DNA from: a virus
Lineage: Duplodnaviria; Heunggongvirae; Uroviricota; Caudoviricetes
IMG/VR virus record: IMGVR_UViG_3300031134_000639
DNA: 37,372 nt
Direction: 5' to 3' (one strand)
The translations under genes and the position numbers were made by a program. Of this stretch, positions 17,478-26,405 are shown piece by piece; the first letter of the stretch is position 1, and the number at the start of each line of letters is the position of its first letter. A model generated the notes under the pieces. That model saw only the letters and a program-made list of their open reading frames with translations. It was not told where the DNA came from and made no database searches.

Positions 17478-18239
17478 TTGAAGTCTTCAAGCTTAGTAGC
17501 TTTTGAATGGACGGCACTCAGCACTACGTGTGTTGTGGCACTTGTTGTATTCTTTGCGATCATGGTCTTCTTCGTTGGCACGCCATCAAGTCCCGGCCTT
17601 GTGCCTAAGTACTCTCAGCGTTTCACTAAGAAGCTTAAGTCTGATGTGAATAAGTTCTTGAGCGATTACAGGAATGGTTCTACAGCCACAGTCGTTGTCC
17701 ACTCTCATCACTTTTTCAGGGCTAAAGATGAGCGAACAACTCTTTGGGCTGAAGAAAATCTTGTTGTAGAAAAAGCTGGTCGGTTTTTTGTTGTCAGGGT
17801 TAACGATCAAGTCGGTGTTCATGTTCACTCTCACTATCATGTAAAGTTTGTTGGCGTGCGCGCTTTCCTTAGAGTACGTTGGTTTAGGACAGATTTCAGT
17901 TGCTATGATAACCAGTTTGCAACTGCTCCTGTGAGGGATATGAAAACGCCGTTCTGGGCTTATATCCAGGATAAGGTAGAGTATTTTTCAACTCACGGTA
18001 AGGATAAGTTTGCTGGTTTTAACTGCTATCAGTGGTCTACTTCTTACATGTCTGAATATGAGCATGAAGAGAAGATTAATTTTGCTCCTAATTCAGACTG
18101 GGTTGCTCTTCATGATCTGTACTGTCATCCTGACGACATTGACCCTGGACATGAGTGGGCTGACGTACCTGTGGAATTCATTAAAAAGCTGAACAACTTG
18201 CCTGACAAGGCTTACGAGTTGTTTACGTGCAGGATCTGA
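17478..18239 (+). CDS. HxHD/Hx4H family paralog 8 (divergent), with one N-terminal TM segment
   Basis: HVHSHYHVKFVGV...FSC...PFW...WVALHDLYCHPDDI...ADVPVEFIKKL; SD GGAGG supports TTG 17478. Confidence 0.8.
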   Translation: MKSSSLVAFEWTALSTTCVVALVVFFAIMVFFVGTPSSPGLVPKYSQRFTKKLKSDVNKFLSDYRNGSTATVVVHSHHFFRAKDERTTLWAEENLVVEKAGRFFVVRVNDQVGVHVHSHYHVKFVGVRAFLRVRWFRTDFSCYDNQFATAPVRDMKTPFWAYIQDKVEYFSTHGKDKFAGFNCYQWSTSYMSEYEHEEKINFAPNSDWVALHDLYCHPDDIDPGHEWADVPVEFIKKLNNLPDKAYELFTCRI

Positions 18240-18952
18240 GGCGAGCTAGCCTTTTCACCACCGACATAGTTCAGGAAGTATCTGACACCCATGACACTTT
18301 CTTCCCAGCAAATGCGGGATAGTGTCCCTGGCTTATCGTTGTCTGTTACAATGGTCCCGTCAAGACTGAAAGCAATCAGTACGCGATTGACAAATCGTGT
18401 AAGCATCTTCTTCCTATTGTTGCCAAAGTAGTAGTTACCTTTGGGCAACACGAGAGGGGCGAGGTCATACTTGTTTAATAGATAAGAGGTTGTCTTGTCA
18501 GAGTTGTAGTACTTAGCTCCTTTTTTCTCTGTCACCAAACGCTCCCGCTTTATTTCTTCAGGGCTTAGTAGGTGGAGCAAGAATTTCTGTGAGCGTAACT
18601 CTCGGTCATATGCCATAAATTTGTTCATTAGTATTGTGGCAGGCATGGGGACCCCAGAACCAGATGACGGGTTAACCTTTTTTGCGCCAAAATTAAAGGG
18701 AGACAGCTTTTTTGACAGAGGAGGCTTAAGCTGCTCATTGTATGCCTCACTAGCAACCTGTAGAAATGTCTCCAGGAAGCCTTGTACGGCATTCTGCGGG
18801 GATATGGTGTTCATTGTAAGCGCTCGTACGTACTCTTCTGGTAAGCCGTCAGCGAGCAGCTGAGCGACTTGAAGGCTGTCAGAGTTTGAAGTCAGCATGG
18901 CGTAATCCCAAAGTAGTCCTTGTTCAAGCTCAGGCTTAGGAAGAGATATCAT
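18212..18952 (-). CDS. Hypothetical protein (probably leaderless)
   Basis: 246 aa ORF; TAGACA-N17-TATAAT-N6-ATG; 3' end overlaps paralog 8 by 28 bp. Confidence 0.8.
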   Translation of the reverse strand: MISLPKPELEQGLLWDYAMLTSNSDSLQVAQLLADGLPEEYVRALTMNTISPQNAVQGFLETFLQVASEAYNEQLKPPLSKKLSPFNFGAKKVNPSSGSGVPMPATILMNKFMAYDRELRSQKFLLHLLSPEEIKRERLVTEKKGAKYYNSDKTTSYLLNKYDLAPLVLPKGNYYFGNNRKKMLTRFVNRVLIAFSLDGTIVTDNDKPGTLSRICWEESVMGVRYFLNYVGGEKASSPQILHVNNS

Positions 18953-18958
18953 AAAACA

Positions 18959-18987
18959 ATTATATCATCATTATGCATGTGTGTCTA
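18959..18987 (-). promoter_or_regulatory. Sigma70/SigA-type promoter for a leaderless transcript
   Basis: TAGACA-N17-TATAAT with TGn extension, 6 nt before the ATG. Confidence 0.75.
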
Positions 18988-18994
18988 GGTGACA

Positions 18995-19037
18995 AAAACG
19001 TGTGGTCTAAACCTCAGAAGTTTAGACCACACGTTTT
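18995..19037. terminator. Inverted repeat, probable terminator of pilin 3
   Basis: 18-bp arms AAAACGTGTGGTCTAAAC, 7-nt loop. Confidence 0.85.
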
Positions 19038-19048
19038 CCTATTTAATT

Positions 19049-20245
19049 TTATCCTGTGGTGCTGCCAGAACCATAACCTAGGTTTAGTGTTGCACTAGAA
19101 CGTGCTAGCTCAGCTCCAGCACTGTTGTAAGCAATTACTGTAACTGTTGTTGCTCCATCTGAAATTTGTCCGGCCTGTCCAATACTCTTAGGGGAACTAG
19201 TTACTCCGGTTACTGTCTGTGTGTGTGCACCCTTCATCACGATAGTGTATGTTGCTGCTGAAGTTGCAGTGTACTGCGGTGCGGTGAATCTAATGTTTAC
19301 TGCACCACCACCTGTTTGGGCTGAAGTTGGAGCAGCCATTGTCACAGCTGGACGAGTTGCTGTTGTCTGTGATAAGGACTTAGCCGCGCTGTCAACACTG
19401 AATTCTGTTGCACTCACATAGCAGCGTGCAATAACCTGGATGCTAGCCTGAGTGCTGTAAGGCAAGGATATTGCTGGCGTGCTCAAGCTAGTGCTGTATG
19501 CACTGTATGTTCCACCGTTGAATGAGTACTTGTACTGTGCTGTACCTGTTGTACAAGTTACTGCTGTCCAGCTAAAAACGTTGTTTGAGCTAGAGTAGTT
19601 AATAGGGGTGCTGCTCATAGTTACTGTAGCTGGCGCACTAGGTGGTGCAACAACCGGTGCTGCGGGCGGTGTGGTTGTTGGAGGTGTCGTAGGCTCAGTT
19701 GTTGGCGGCGTGGTTGGCGTTGTTGTCGGAGGAGTTGTAGGCTCAGTTGTAGGGGGAGTTGTAGGCCCTGTTGTTCCTCCGGAACCTGGGTTAGTAGCTC
19801 CAGGAATCTTCGTAGTGTCAATAATACCGGAAGGAGTCTCGGTGTATTTTCCAGTGGAAGAAGAGAAAGAGTAGGTAAAGTTTGTCTTAGAGTTGAAGCC
19901 TTCTACCGTGTAGATACCAGTTGAGAAAGCGACACCAACTGTTGTGTTGTCATCTGTAATCACAAGTTTTGGTGTCAAAGCAGTGTCTGCATTTAACCCG
20001 GACGCGGAGCCTGTTCGTTGAACATTGTTGGATGCTCCAGGAGAAGTTTCAGTATTGAAAAGGTTCACGTTCGTTACAGTGTTACGAACATCTGATTTGA
20101 CCCCTGCATTAATTGCAGCCTTCTGTTGGTTTAGGAACACTGGAATTGCTATACCAGCTAGAATACCGATGATGAGGATCACGACCAGAAGTTCGATTAA
20201 AGTGAAACCGTCTTCATGGGAGTGGGTATTAATTTTATTGAACAT
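19049..20245 (-). CDS. Type IV pilin-like protein 3 (long; Pro/Thr linker and extra FN3-like domain)
   Basis: MFNKINTHSHEDG|FTLIELLVVILIIGILAGIAIPVFLNQQ; TTPP/TTEP repeats; FSWTAVTC...YKYSFNGG...IQVIARCY FN3-like segment. Confidence 0.92.
   Translation of the reverse strand: MFNKINTHSHEDGFTLIELLVVILIIGILAGIAIPVFLNQQKAAINAGVKSDVRNTVTNVNLFNTETSPGASNNVQRTGSASGLNADTALTPKLVITDDNTTVGVAFSTGIYTVEGFNSKTNFTYSFSSSTGKYTETPSGIIDTTKIPGATNPGSGGTTGPTTPPTTEPTTPPTTTPTTPPTTEPTTPPTTTPPAAPVVAPPSAPATVTMSSTPINYSSSNNVFSWTAVTCTTGTAQYKYSFNGGTYSAYSTSLSTPAISLPYSTQASIQVIARCYVSATEFSVDSAAKSLSQTTATRPAVTMAAPTSAQTGGGAVNIRFTAPQYTATSAATYTIVMKGAHTQTVTGVTSSPKSIGQAGQISDGATTVTVIAYNSAGAELARSSATLNLGYGSGSTTG
19664..19774 (-). repeat. 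Coding tandem repeat of 4-aa (12-bp) TTxP units in pilin 3
   Basis: TTGP-TTPP-TTEP-TTPP-TTTP-TTPP-TTEP-TTPP-TTTP-P (aa 158-194); synonymous positions differ between units. Confidence 0.9.
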
Positions 20246-20397
20246 CTATACTTCCGTGTTGAAATGAGCAGAATAAAACATTTGTTATTCTATACTATTA
20301 TCTGCCTATCAACTTTCAAAATAAAATTACACCTTGTCAAATATAGCCAACTCTAGTACTTTGAGGGACTACTGACAACATTTATTTAACTTTTGGA

Positions 20398-21156
20398 CTA
20401 TCTCGGTGTAGTTCCTTCAGCTGTCCCAAGAATTAGTACTGAACTTACCCGCCCTATCTCTTCTCCATTGCTGCCAAATGCAATTACCAAAACCGTTGTT
20501 GGCTCTTTGGACAAATTAGACTGTGAGCCAAGAAACAGCTGATTTGTAGTCACAGAAGTATAACTTCTCTCGTGCCCACCTGTCATCTTTATATTGTAGG
20601 ATGCGACGGGTGGTTGTGCGGCACCCCATTTTATAGTCGACTGTTGGTCAGAGTTTACAGAGAGTGTAGAAGGAGTCATAGAAGCAGTTGGAGGAACAGG
20701 ATAGTTAGGTATTTTGTTTGTGTCCAGAATACCACTTGGTGTCTTTTCATATTTGCCGCTGGCTGACGAGAAACTGTATGTAAAGTTTGTCTTAGAGTTG
20801 TAACCTTCTACAGTGTATTTATTAGGATTAAAAGCCACCCCAACTGTTGTGCCGTTATCACTTATCACAAGCTTGGGCACATTACTACTTGGCGTTGCAG
20901 TACTTGGTGTTGCCGAGCCAGTTTGCTGTACATTATTTGCTGAAGATGTTGTTGAAACCTCTGTGTTAAACAGGTTAACATTTGTTATCGTATTGCGAAC
21001 ATCTGACTGCACACCTGCATTAATAGCTGCCTTCTGTTGGTTAAGAAAAACAGGTATTGCAATGCTAGCAAGCACACCAATGATAAGAATGACAACAAGA
21101 AGTTCAATAAGCGTAAAACCGTCTTCATGTTTTTGGTTAGAAAACTTAACAGACAT
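20398..21156 (-). CDS. Type IV pilin-like protein 4 (tandem paralog of pilin 3)
   Basis: MSVKFSNQKHEDG|FTLIELLVVILIIGVLASIAIPVFLNQQ; colinear with pilins 1 and 3. Confidence 0.92.
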   Translation of the reverse strand: MSVKFSNQKHEDGFTLIELLVVILIIGVLASIAIPVFLNQQKAAINAGVQSDVRNTITNVNLFNTEVSTTSSANNVQQTGSATPSTATPSSNVPKLVISDNGTTVGVAFNPNKYTVEGYNSKTNFTYSFSSASGKYEKTPSGILDTNKIPNYPVPPTASMTPSTLSVNSDQQSTIKWGAAQPPVASYNIKMTGGHERSYTSVTTNQLFLGSQSNLSKEPTTVLVIAFGSNGEEIGRVSSVLILGTAEGTTPR

Positions 21157-21306
21157 TTTTCCTCCTGATAGGACGCTGGTAAAATACCTTTACATATAGT
21201 AAATATCCGCTGTATAAACCAATTATGAAAAATAGCTTTATCAAACATCATCAAGTGCCTCTATAAGAGTCGAAAATTGCAGAATACTACTAAGATGGTA
21301 GAGCAT

Positions 21307-21349
21307 AAAAAAGTGTGGCCCATCCGTCTTGGATGGGCCACACTTTTTT
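21307..21349. terminator. Inverted repeat, probable terminator
   Basis: 19-bp arms AAAAAAGTGTGGCCCATCC, 5-nt loop. Confidence 0.85.
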
Positions 21350-21359
21350 CGCAATATTT

Positions 21360-21833
21360 TTAGAAGTCGTCGTCAGACTCCACAGGCATGAATGACGCAG
21401 CAAGAGCGCTGAGGTGCTTACTGGAAGTAAGGTTCTGAAAAGCCTGGTAGGCCAGCAGACCTGAGGGAGCTAAGATTGTCACCTCAATATCCTGGTCTTC
21501 CTCCTCACCCTTACCTGTGAAAGAGAACTCAAGGAACTTCTCATGTGTTTCTGTAAGCACTGTTGCTGCATCCTCAGGGTGCTCCTCCATAATCTCAATG
21601 AAGTTGTCACCGAAGAGGTGTGCACCAACAACGCTGAGAACGTCATCACCATCATGTAGGTTACTAAGCACACCTAGAGCGAACTTGACAGTTGTAGCTT
21701 CCACCTTGACGGAAACAGACTGCTGAGAACCATCAGCGTTCTTGAAAGGATGAACCTGCTCATCAAGTTCAAGACTAAGAGTGAAGTCTGCTTTAACTTC
21801 GAGAGCAGAGGGATCCCAAATATGTGTAGTCAT
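21360..21833 (-). CDS. Hypothetical acidic protein
   Basis: 157 aa ORF; TACAAT and GAAAG SD-like site upstream; C-rich third codon positions. Confidence 0.8.
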   Translation of the reverse strand: MTTHIWDPSALEVKADFTLSLELDEQVHPFKNADGSQQSVSVKVEATTVKFALGVLSNLHDGDDVLSVVGAHLFGDNFIEIMEEHPEDAATVLTETHEKFLEFSFTGKGEEEDQDIEVTILAPSGLLAYQAFQNLTSSKHLSALAASFMPVESDDDF

Positions 21834-21921
21834 ATTGTATTCTTTCTGTGGTTGATTTAGTTACTCTATTGTACCTTGGTTACCATTAAAAAGCAAAACG
21901 AAGTGTCTTGCTACTAGACAA

Positions 21922-22401
21922 TCAAAGGATCTCAAAGAAAGTGAAATCGTTCAGGTCGCTGTTGCTTCCGGTCAGGCGCACATCAGCAGGACGGGTGACT
22001 TTAGTGCCCTTCTTCCATGAAGCAATATCTGCATAGACGACCTCGTCTCCTTCGGTAGGGTGGAAGACAACGTCACCTTTGGTACCCCATTCTCCATGAC
22101 CAGGAGCAACAGTAAGGGCGTCTTTGAGTTCAGCGAACCTGCCGACAGTGTGATTCCTGTTACCGAAGTCGCTGTGTCCGACAACGACGAAATGACCTTC
22201 AGGGAAGTTAGGCTTCATTCGGAGGACAGTGTACTCCTCCATTACCTTAGGGTCAGAGATGACGTTAGCTGCTTCCTTGCGGGTGGCATAGAGCCTAGCG
22301 GAAGCATAACGCGAGTAAGGCGAGACTTTGATATCACGGCTGCCATCAGCCTTCTTCAGAACACGTGTCTTTTCAATAAGCAGGTAAACTGTATCAGTCA
22401 T
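21922..22401 (-). CDS. Hypothetical protein
   Basis: 159 aa ORF; GAAAG SD-like site and TATAAT upstream. Confidence 0.75.
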   Translation of the reverse strand: MTDTVYLLIEKTRVLKKADGSRDIKVSPYSRYASARLYATRKEAANVISDPKVMEEYTVLRMKPNFPEGHFVVVGHSDFGNRNHTVGRFAELKDALTVAPGHGEWGTKGDVVFHPTEGDEVVYADIASWKKGTKVTRPADVRLTGSNSDLNDFTFFEIL

Positions 22402-22561
22402 GTTTTACTTCTTTCTTGTTGTTTTGTCCGAGCGTCCAAGTAACCTCGGTGGTTGTTTACAATTATATGCTAGCACCTCTTTTCAATGCTGTCAACATTC
22501 TACGCAAAATAGTTTAGTTTGCAAGCAAATACCGATACTTCTAATGACCTTAAGGAAAACT

Positions 22562-23257
22562 ATGCTTCTCACGGATATCGCAGGCAATATTGAACGTCGG
22601 TTGTTGATAAGTTACAGAGTTGACCCTGAAGTAGTTCAACCGTATCTGCCAGCGGAGCTTAGGCCACAAATAATTGACGGATCAGCTGTCGCTGGAATCT
22701 GCCTCATCAGGATGGGTAAAATGCGACCGTCTTTCATTAAACCTGAGTTTGGCTGGACCGGTGAGAACGCTGCCCGTCGCATAGCTGTTGAATATGAAGA
22801 CGATGACAACATAACTCGTACTGGAGTGTTCATCCCTCAGAGGTTCAGCGGTTCATGGCTCCCCGTCCTTGCAGGTGGGCGAGTTTTCCCAGGAGAGCAC
22901 AAGCATTCTGAGTTCGCTGTTAAGGAAACTGAGAACAACATAAATGTTAAGATGACTACGTTAGGTGAACGCTTTGAAGCTAACGTGACTGTAGTTAAAG
23001 AGTTCCAAAGTGGACTTTTTGGCTCATTAGAGGAAGCATCACGTTTCTATCAGGACAGTCCTGTTGGTTGGTCGCCTAGAGGTGGAGGGGTAGCTGACAT
23101 TGAAGGGGTCCGACTGAAAACAGACCAGTGGAAAGTTGAACCGGGACGTGTAAACATTCTACGTTCAAGTTTCTTTGAAGAGATACCTAAAGATCAGATA
23201 GAATTTGACCATGCGCTGGTTATGCGTAACGTGCCTGTTTTGTGGACTAACCCGTGA
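22562..23257 (+). CDS. DUF2071-like protein
   Basis: NIERRLLISYRVDPEVVQPYLP...AVAGICLIRM..MRP...AGGRVFPGEH; SD AAGGA before ATG 22562; ACCGATA at 22531. Confidence 0.7.
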   Translation: MLLTDIAGNIERRLLISYRVDPEVVQPYLPAELRPQIIDGSAVAGICLIRMGKMRPSFIKPEFGWTGENAARRIAVEYEDDDNITRTGVFIPQRFSGSWLPVLAGGRVFPGEHKHSEFAVKETENNINVKMTTLGERFEANVTVVKEFQSGLFGSLEEASRFYQDSPVGWSPRGGGVADIEGVRLKTDQWKVEPGRVNILRSSFFEEIPKDQIEFDHALVMRNVPVLWTNP

Positions 23258-23330
23258 AGTTGCACAATAAGCATTTTTAGGGTGTGATGACCGATACTTC
23301 TTCTGTACAAAGAGCGAAAAGGCAGCGGGA

Positions 23331-23621
23331 ATGCAAGAGGATACAAAACCAACTAAAAAACGCATCATGAACCCTGATGACAGCAACTATGATGCATTGC
23401 TAGCAGCGAGTGTGTTTACCATACTGTTGCTAGGTACCGTCTGGCTTATGCATTTTATTGACGGCTGGATGAGAGTCCCAGTCACAGCTGCGGGTAGCAT
23501 CACCTCTTTGGTTGTCGCCATAATAGTATGGAAAGCATACCGCAAGCAGCATGTCTTGAATCAGAAAAAATGTGATGAAGCTGAGTCAGCTTCTAACAAC
23601 ACTGACAACGCTGCCAGGTGA
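23331..23621 (+). CDS. Small two-TM membrane protein
   Basis: Two hydrophobic segments; ACCGATA at 23290-23296. Confidence 0.7.
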   Translation: MQEDTKPTKKRIMNPDDSNYDALLAASVFTILLLGTVWLMHFIDGWMRVPVTAAGSITSLVVAIIVWKAYRKQHVLNQKKCDEAESASNNTDNAAR

Positions 23622-23780
23622 GATATCAATCTGCTTGATACCAAGCTTAATACTGTAACCCTTAGTGGTCTCGGTTAGATACCCGGACAACGCTCTACGC
23701 GAGGCCAAACGGATAGTTACAGTTGTGTTCACGTTCTTCTTGAGCAAATCTTCGTTGTTTGCGTTCTCTTTAATAGTCAT
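23586..23780 (-). CDS. Small hypothetical protein
   Basis: TTGACT-N17-TATAGT ends 9 nt upstream of the ATG; 36-bp convergent overlap with the preceding gene. Confidence 0.6.
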   Translation of the reverse strand: MTIKENANNEDLLKKNVNTTVTIRLASRRALSGYLTETTKGYSIKLGIKQIDISPGSVVSVVRS

Positions 23781-23953
23781 AATATACTCACTATAGCATG
23801 CCCTCAGGGAACAGTCAACTATGGGTTTACAATCCTGGTGATAAACCGATAAACCTTGAACAGGGTACCTGGTAAGTTATTAAACTGCTTGTGAACGGTC
23901 CCCAGCGGGTTAGTAATATCAGAGCACAGTTAACTAAACACCTAGGAGTACAA

Positions 23954-24844
23954 ATGACGAACAGTAATGCGGTAGGTACCGTTGAAACAGCCGTACCTAC
24001 AGAAAGTCAAGCAAAAGTCTGGCGCAAGAATAGCATCATTGTTATTCTCAGTGGCATAGGTATCTCTATTGTATTAGGCTTTAGTAGTCTATTGTATCTA
24101 AACTCCGACTGGAACTTCTCAGGTTATGCAGCACAAACAGCTCTACTAGTTTCATTCGCTGGGGTTTTAACTTATCTAGGCTTAGTGTCATATAATGTCC
24201 CGGCTCGCCGCTGGCTATCAATGTTGGCAATTGGCCTGTCCTGGATTGCTACAGCCTATAGCACCTTGTTTGTATGGGATATTCTCCAGTCAGACAACTT
24301 CCTTCACTTTGAAGGCAAGCTGCTAGCTGTAATATGGTTGTGGACAGCAATCACTTTAGCTAGCTCTCTCCTTATTGCCCTATCATCAGGTCTAACTAGA
24401 GCACCTTATATTTTCACATACGTAACTGTAGGTTTAGGTATCCTTCAGGGTATCTTTGGTTCAATTAACATCCTAGGTTCATTCAACCCTGCAACTCAAA
24501 TTGCATTTGATCGCGTGCTGATGGTGAACTACAACTTCATCGTCGCCAGCCTTGTCCTAGCTGTTGCCTTCTCGCTAATCCGTCGATTCTGGAATAATGA
24601 CATGACAGAGATGAAAAAATTTAATGCTCAGTCATCTGAACAGCCGTCAGTTGTCATCTCAACTAACTCACTACAGAACGTTGCTGCTCATTCTATGTTT
24701 GCTCAAGAGGATCCTGACGAGTTGATTACAAGACTTCTAAATGAAGACTTCATTCGCATCTCTGAAGAACGCAAGAAAGCGGAACCTGTTATCCCAGCAG
24801 CAGTAATGCCTATTGAGGAAATTTCTGGGAGTCAGAACTTATAA
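23954..24844 (+). CDS. Multi-pass membrane protein (about 6 TM), paralog A
   Basis: SD AGGAG before ATG 23954; about 6 hydrophobic segments; GKLLAVIWLW...LLIALSSGL. Confidence 0.85.
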   Translation: MTNSNAVGTVETAVPTESQAKVWRKNSIIVILSGIGISIVLGFSSLLYLNSDWNFSGYAAQTALLVSFAGVLTYLGLVSYNVPARRWLSMLAIGLSWIATAYSTLFVWDILQSDNFLHFEGKLLAVIWLWTAITLASSLLIALSSGLTRAPYIFTYVTVGLGILQGIFGSINILGSFNPATQIAFDRVLMVNYNFIVASLVLAVAFSLIRRFWNNDMTEMKKFNAQSSEQPSVVISTNSLQNVAAHSMFAQEDPDELITRLLNEDFIRISEERKKAEPVIPAAVMPIEEISGSQNL

Positions 24845-25749
24845 TGAGTACAGCAAGTCAGGCAGTAGCCAAAAAGACAGGAGTCTCTTTAGGTAGAAAA
24901 ATTGTTCTCATTGTCATGATAGCAACCTACAGTATCTCTGCAATCATTGGTATTGTAACTATCTTATCTTTCACTAATGGCTCCTCAAGTGTTTGGGCCG
25001 ACTCTGAAACTGAGTGGAGAACAATAGCGACAACAGCGTTAATTGGGACTAGCTCCCTCATCATACTTTGTGCCCTTGCAGTAGCTAACATCAAAACATG
25101 GCGTATCTTAGGATGGGTCACAGGGGCGACAGGGTTCGCTTCAGCGTTACTGACCCTCTTCTTTGTTTGGGGAGTAATAAGCTACGACAGAACAATAGAC
25201 AGCTATAGTTCCTACAGTTCAAGCTCAGACAACATACGTTGGTTGACTATGGATGCTTATGAGAACCTAATCAAGCTAGATGGAGTTCTTTGGGTTTGGT
25301 CATTTATCTTAGTGTTCACATGCCTTCTTATAGCTGCGACCCACGGGTTAAGCAAAATCGCTACAGCTTTCGCCTACATTTCAAGTGGTCTTGGTATGCT
25401 AAACGGAGTGATAATAACTTACCTTGTGTTCATAGGGACAGAGGACAGTTTCAATCTTGAATCACTGATAAAAACAGTTGCTGTAACATCCATTCTAGCA
25501 GTTCTTGGAACGCTAATAACTCTTACCCTAGCTTTGGTGCAGAGAACGACTGCTAAGAAGCAGAAGCCGGTACAATCTGCTACTTCTGTTGTCGGTGTCC
25601 AAGTCCCCGCTAGCGACAACACTCAGGCATCATACCAGTCGTCAACAATTACTGAGCACAGTCTGTCCCTGCTACAGGAGCGCTCAAAAGAACGCGGCTT
25701 AGACATAAATGACTACGTTGAGCGACTTCTCATAAAAGATGAGGACTAG
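24844..25749 (+). CDS. Multi-pass membrane protein (about 6 TM), paralog B
   Basis: TAATG coupling to paralog A; KLDGVLWVW...LLIAATHGL; soluble C-terminal tail. Confidence 0.85.
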   Translation: MSTASQAVAKKTGVSLGRKIVLIVMIATYSISAIIGIVTILSFTNGSSSVWADSETEWRTIATTALIGTSSLIILCALAVANIKTWRILGWVTGATGFASALLTLFFVWGVISYDRTIDSYSSYSSSSDNIRWLTMDAYENLIKLDGVLWVWSFILVFTCLLIAATHGLSKIATAFAYISSGLGMLNGVIITYLVFIGTEDSFNLESLIKTVAVTSILAVLGTLITLTLALVQRTTAKKQKPVQSATSVVGVQVPASDNTQASYQSSTITEHSLSLLQERSKERGLDINDYVERLLIKDED

Positions 25750-25774
25750 ATCTGAGAAAACAACTAGTAGCTTT

Positions 25775-26290
25775 TCAACGCCTAAACAAATTCAGTAGGC
25801 TACGCCTTTTGGTATCATATATTGCTATAAAAGATTGAATCTCCTTATACTGTTCACAAGTCCATCCTACTTTAGGGTCGCATGTTATAAGTAGAGTATT
25901 GGGGCGTGTAGCCGCCCAGTCGTAAGCATCTTGTTCAAATTCATCATCAAGCCAAATGACTGGTTCAGATATCTTCTTTAAGAATTGTTTTACCGCTGGC
26001 AGCTTCCATGTCAAGTTAGGCTTTGTGTTTGGCGGTACTATTCTGAAGGGAACATATTCGTATTTTTTGTTACCAAAGAAAAGGCTGATATCGTTAGATG
26101 ACTCCTCCCAAGCGGAACACCAAACCATACGAGCTTTGCTCTCTAAGTCTTTCATCCAAAGACCATGTGTTGTCGGGTTAAGTTGCCAGGAGGCCCATCC
26201 TGAAGTTAATGGCAAGAACCCTAAGTCAGGGGCGGAATCGCTTAGAGAAGGGTTAAGCACGCCATCAATATCCCATAAAATAACTGTCAT
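25775..26290 (-). CDS. HAD-superfamily phosphatase-like protein (Swiss Army Knife RNA-repair HAD type)
   Basis: ILWDIDGVLN (motif I), VWCSAWE (motif II), VIWLDDE (motif IV); leaderless TGA-TACTAT-N6-ATG. Confidence 0.8.
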   Translation of the reverse strand: MTVILWDIDGVLNPSLSDSAPDLGFLPLTSGWASWQLNPTTHGLWMKDLESKARMVWCSAWEESSNDISLFFGNKKYEYVPFRIVPPNTKPNLTWKLPAVKQFLKKISEPVIWLDDEFEQDAYDWAATRPNTLLITCDPKVGWTCEQYKEIQSFIAIYDTKRRSLLNLFRR

Positions 26291-26405
26291 ATATAGATAG
26301 TATCATCTTTCGGCGTAGTAAGGCGAAAGATGTAGGGCTGCCATCTTTATAGTTGATTTTTAGTGCTATTTAGTGTATACTTAAAAGATACTCTGAAAGG
26401 TTACA

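Noticed and set aside
19664-19774. Repeat tract considered as a CRISPR array or DGR-like element
   Set aside because: It is a degenerate 12-bp in-frame coding repeat with no spacers. No Cas gene, reverse transcriptase or TR/VR pair was seen in the window.
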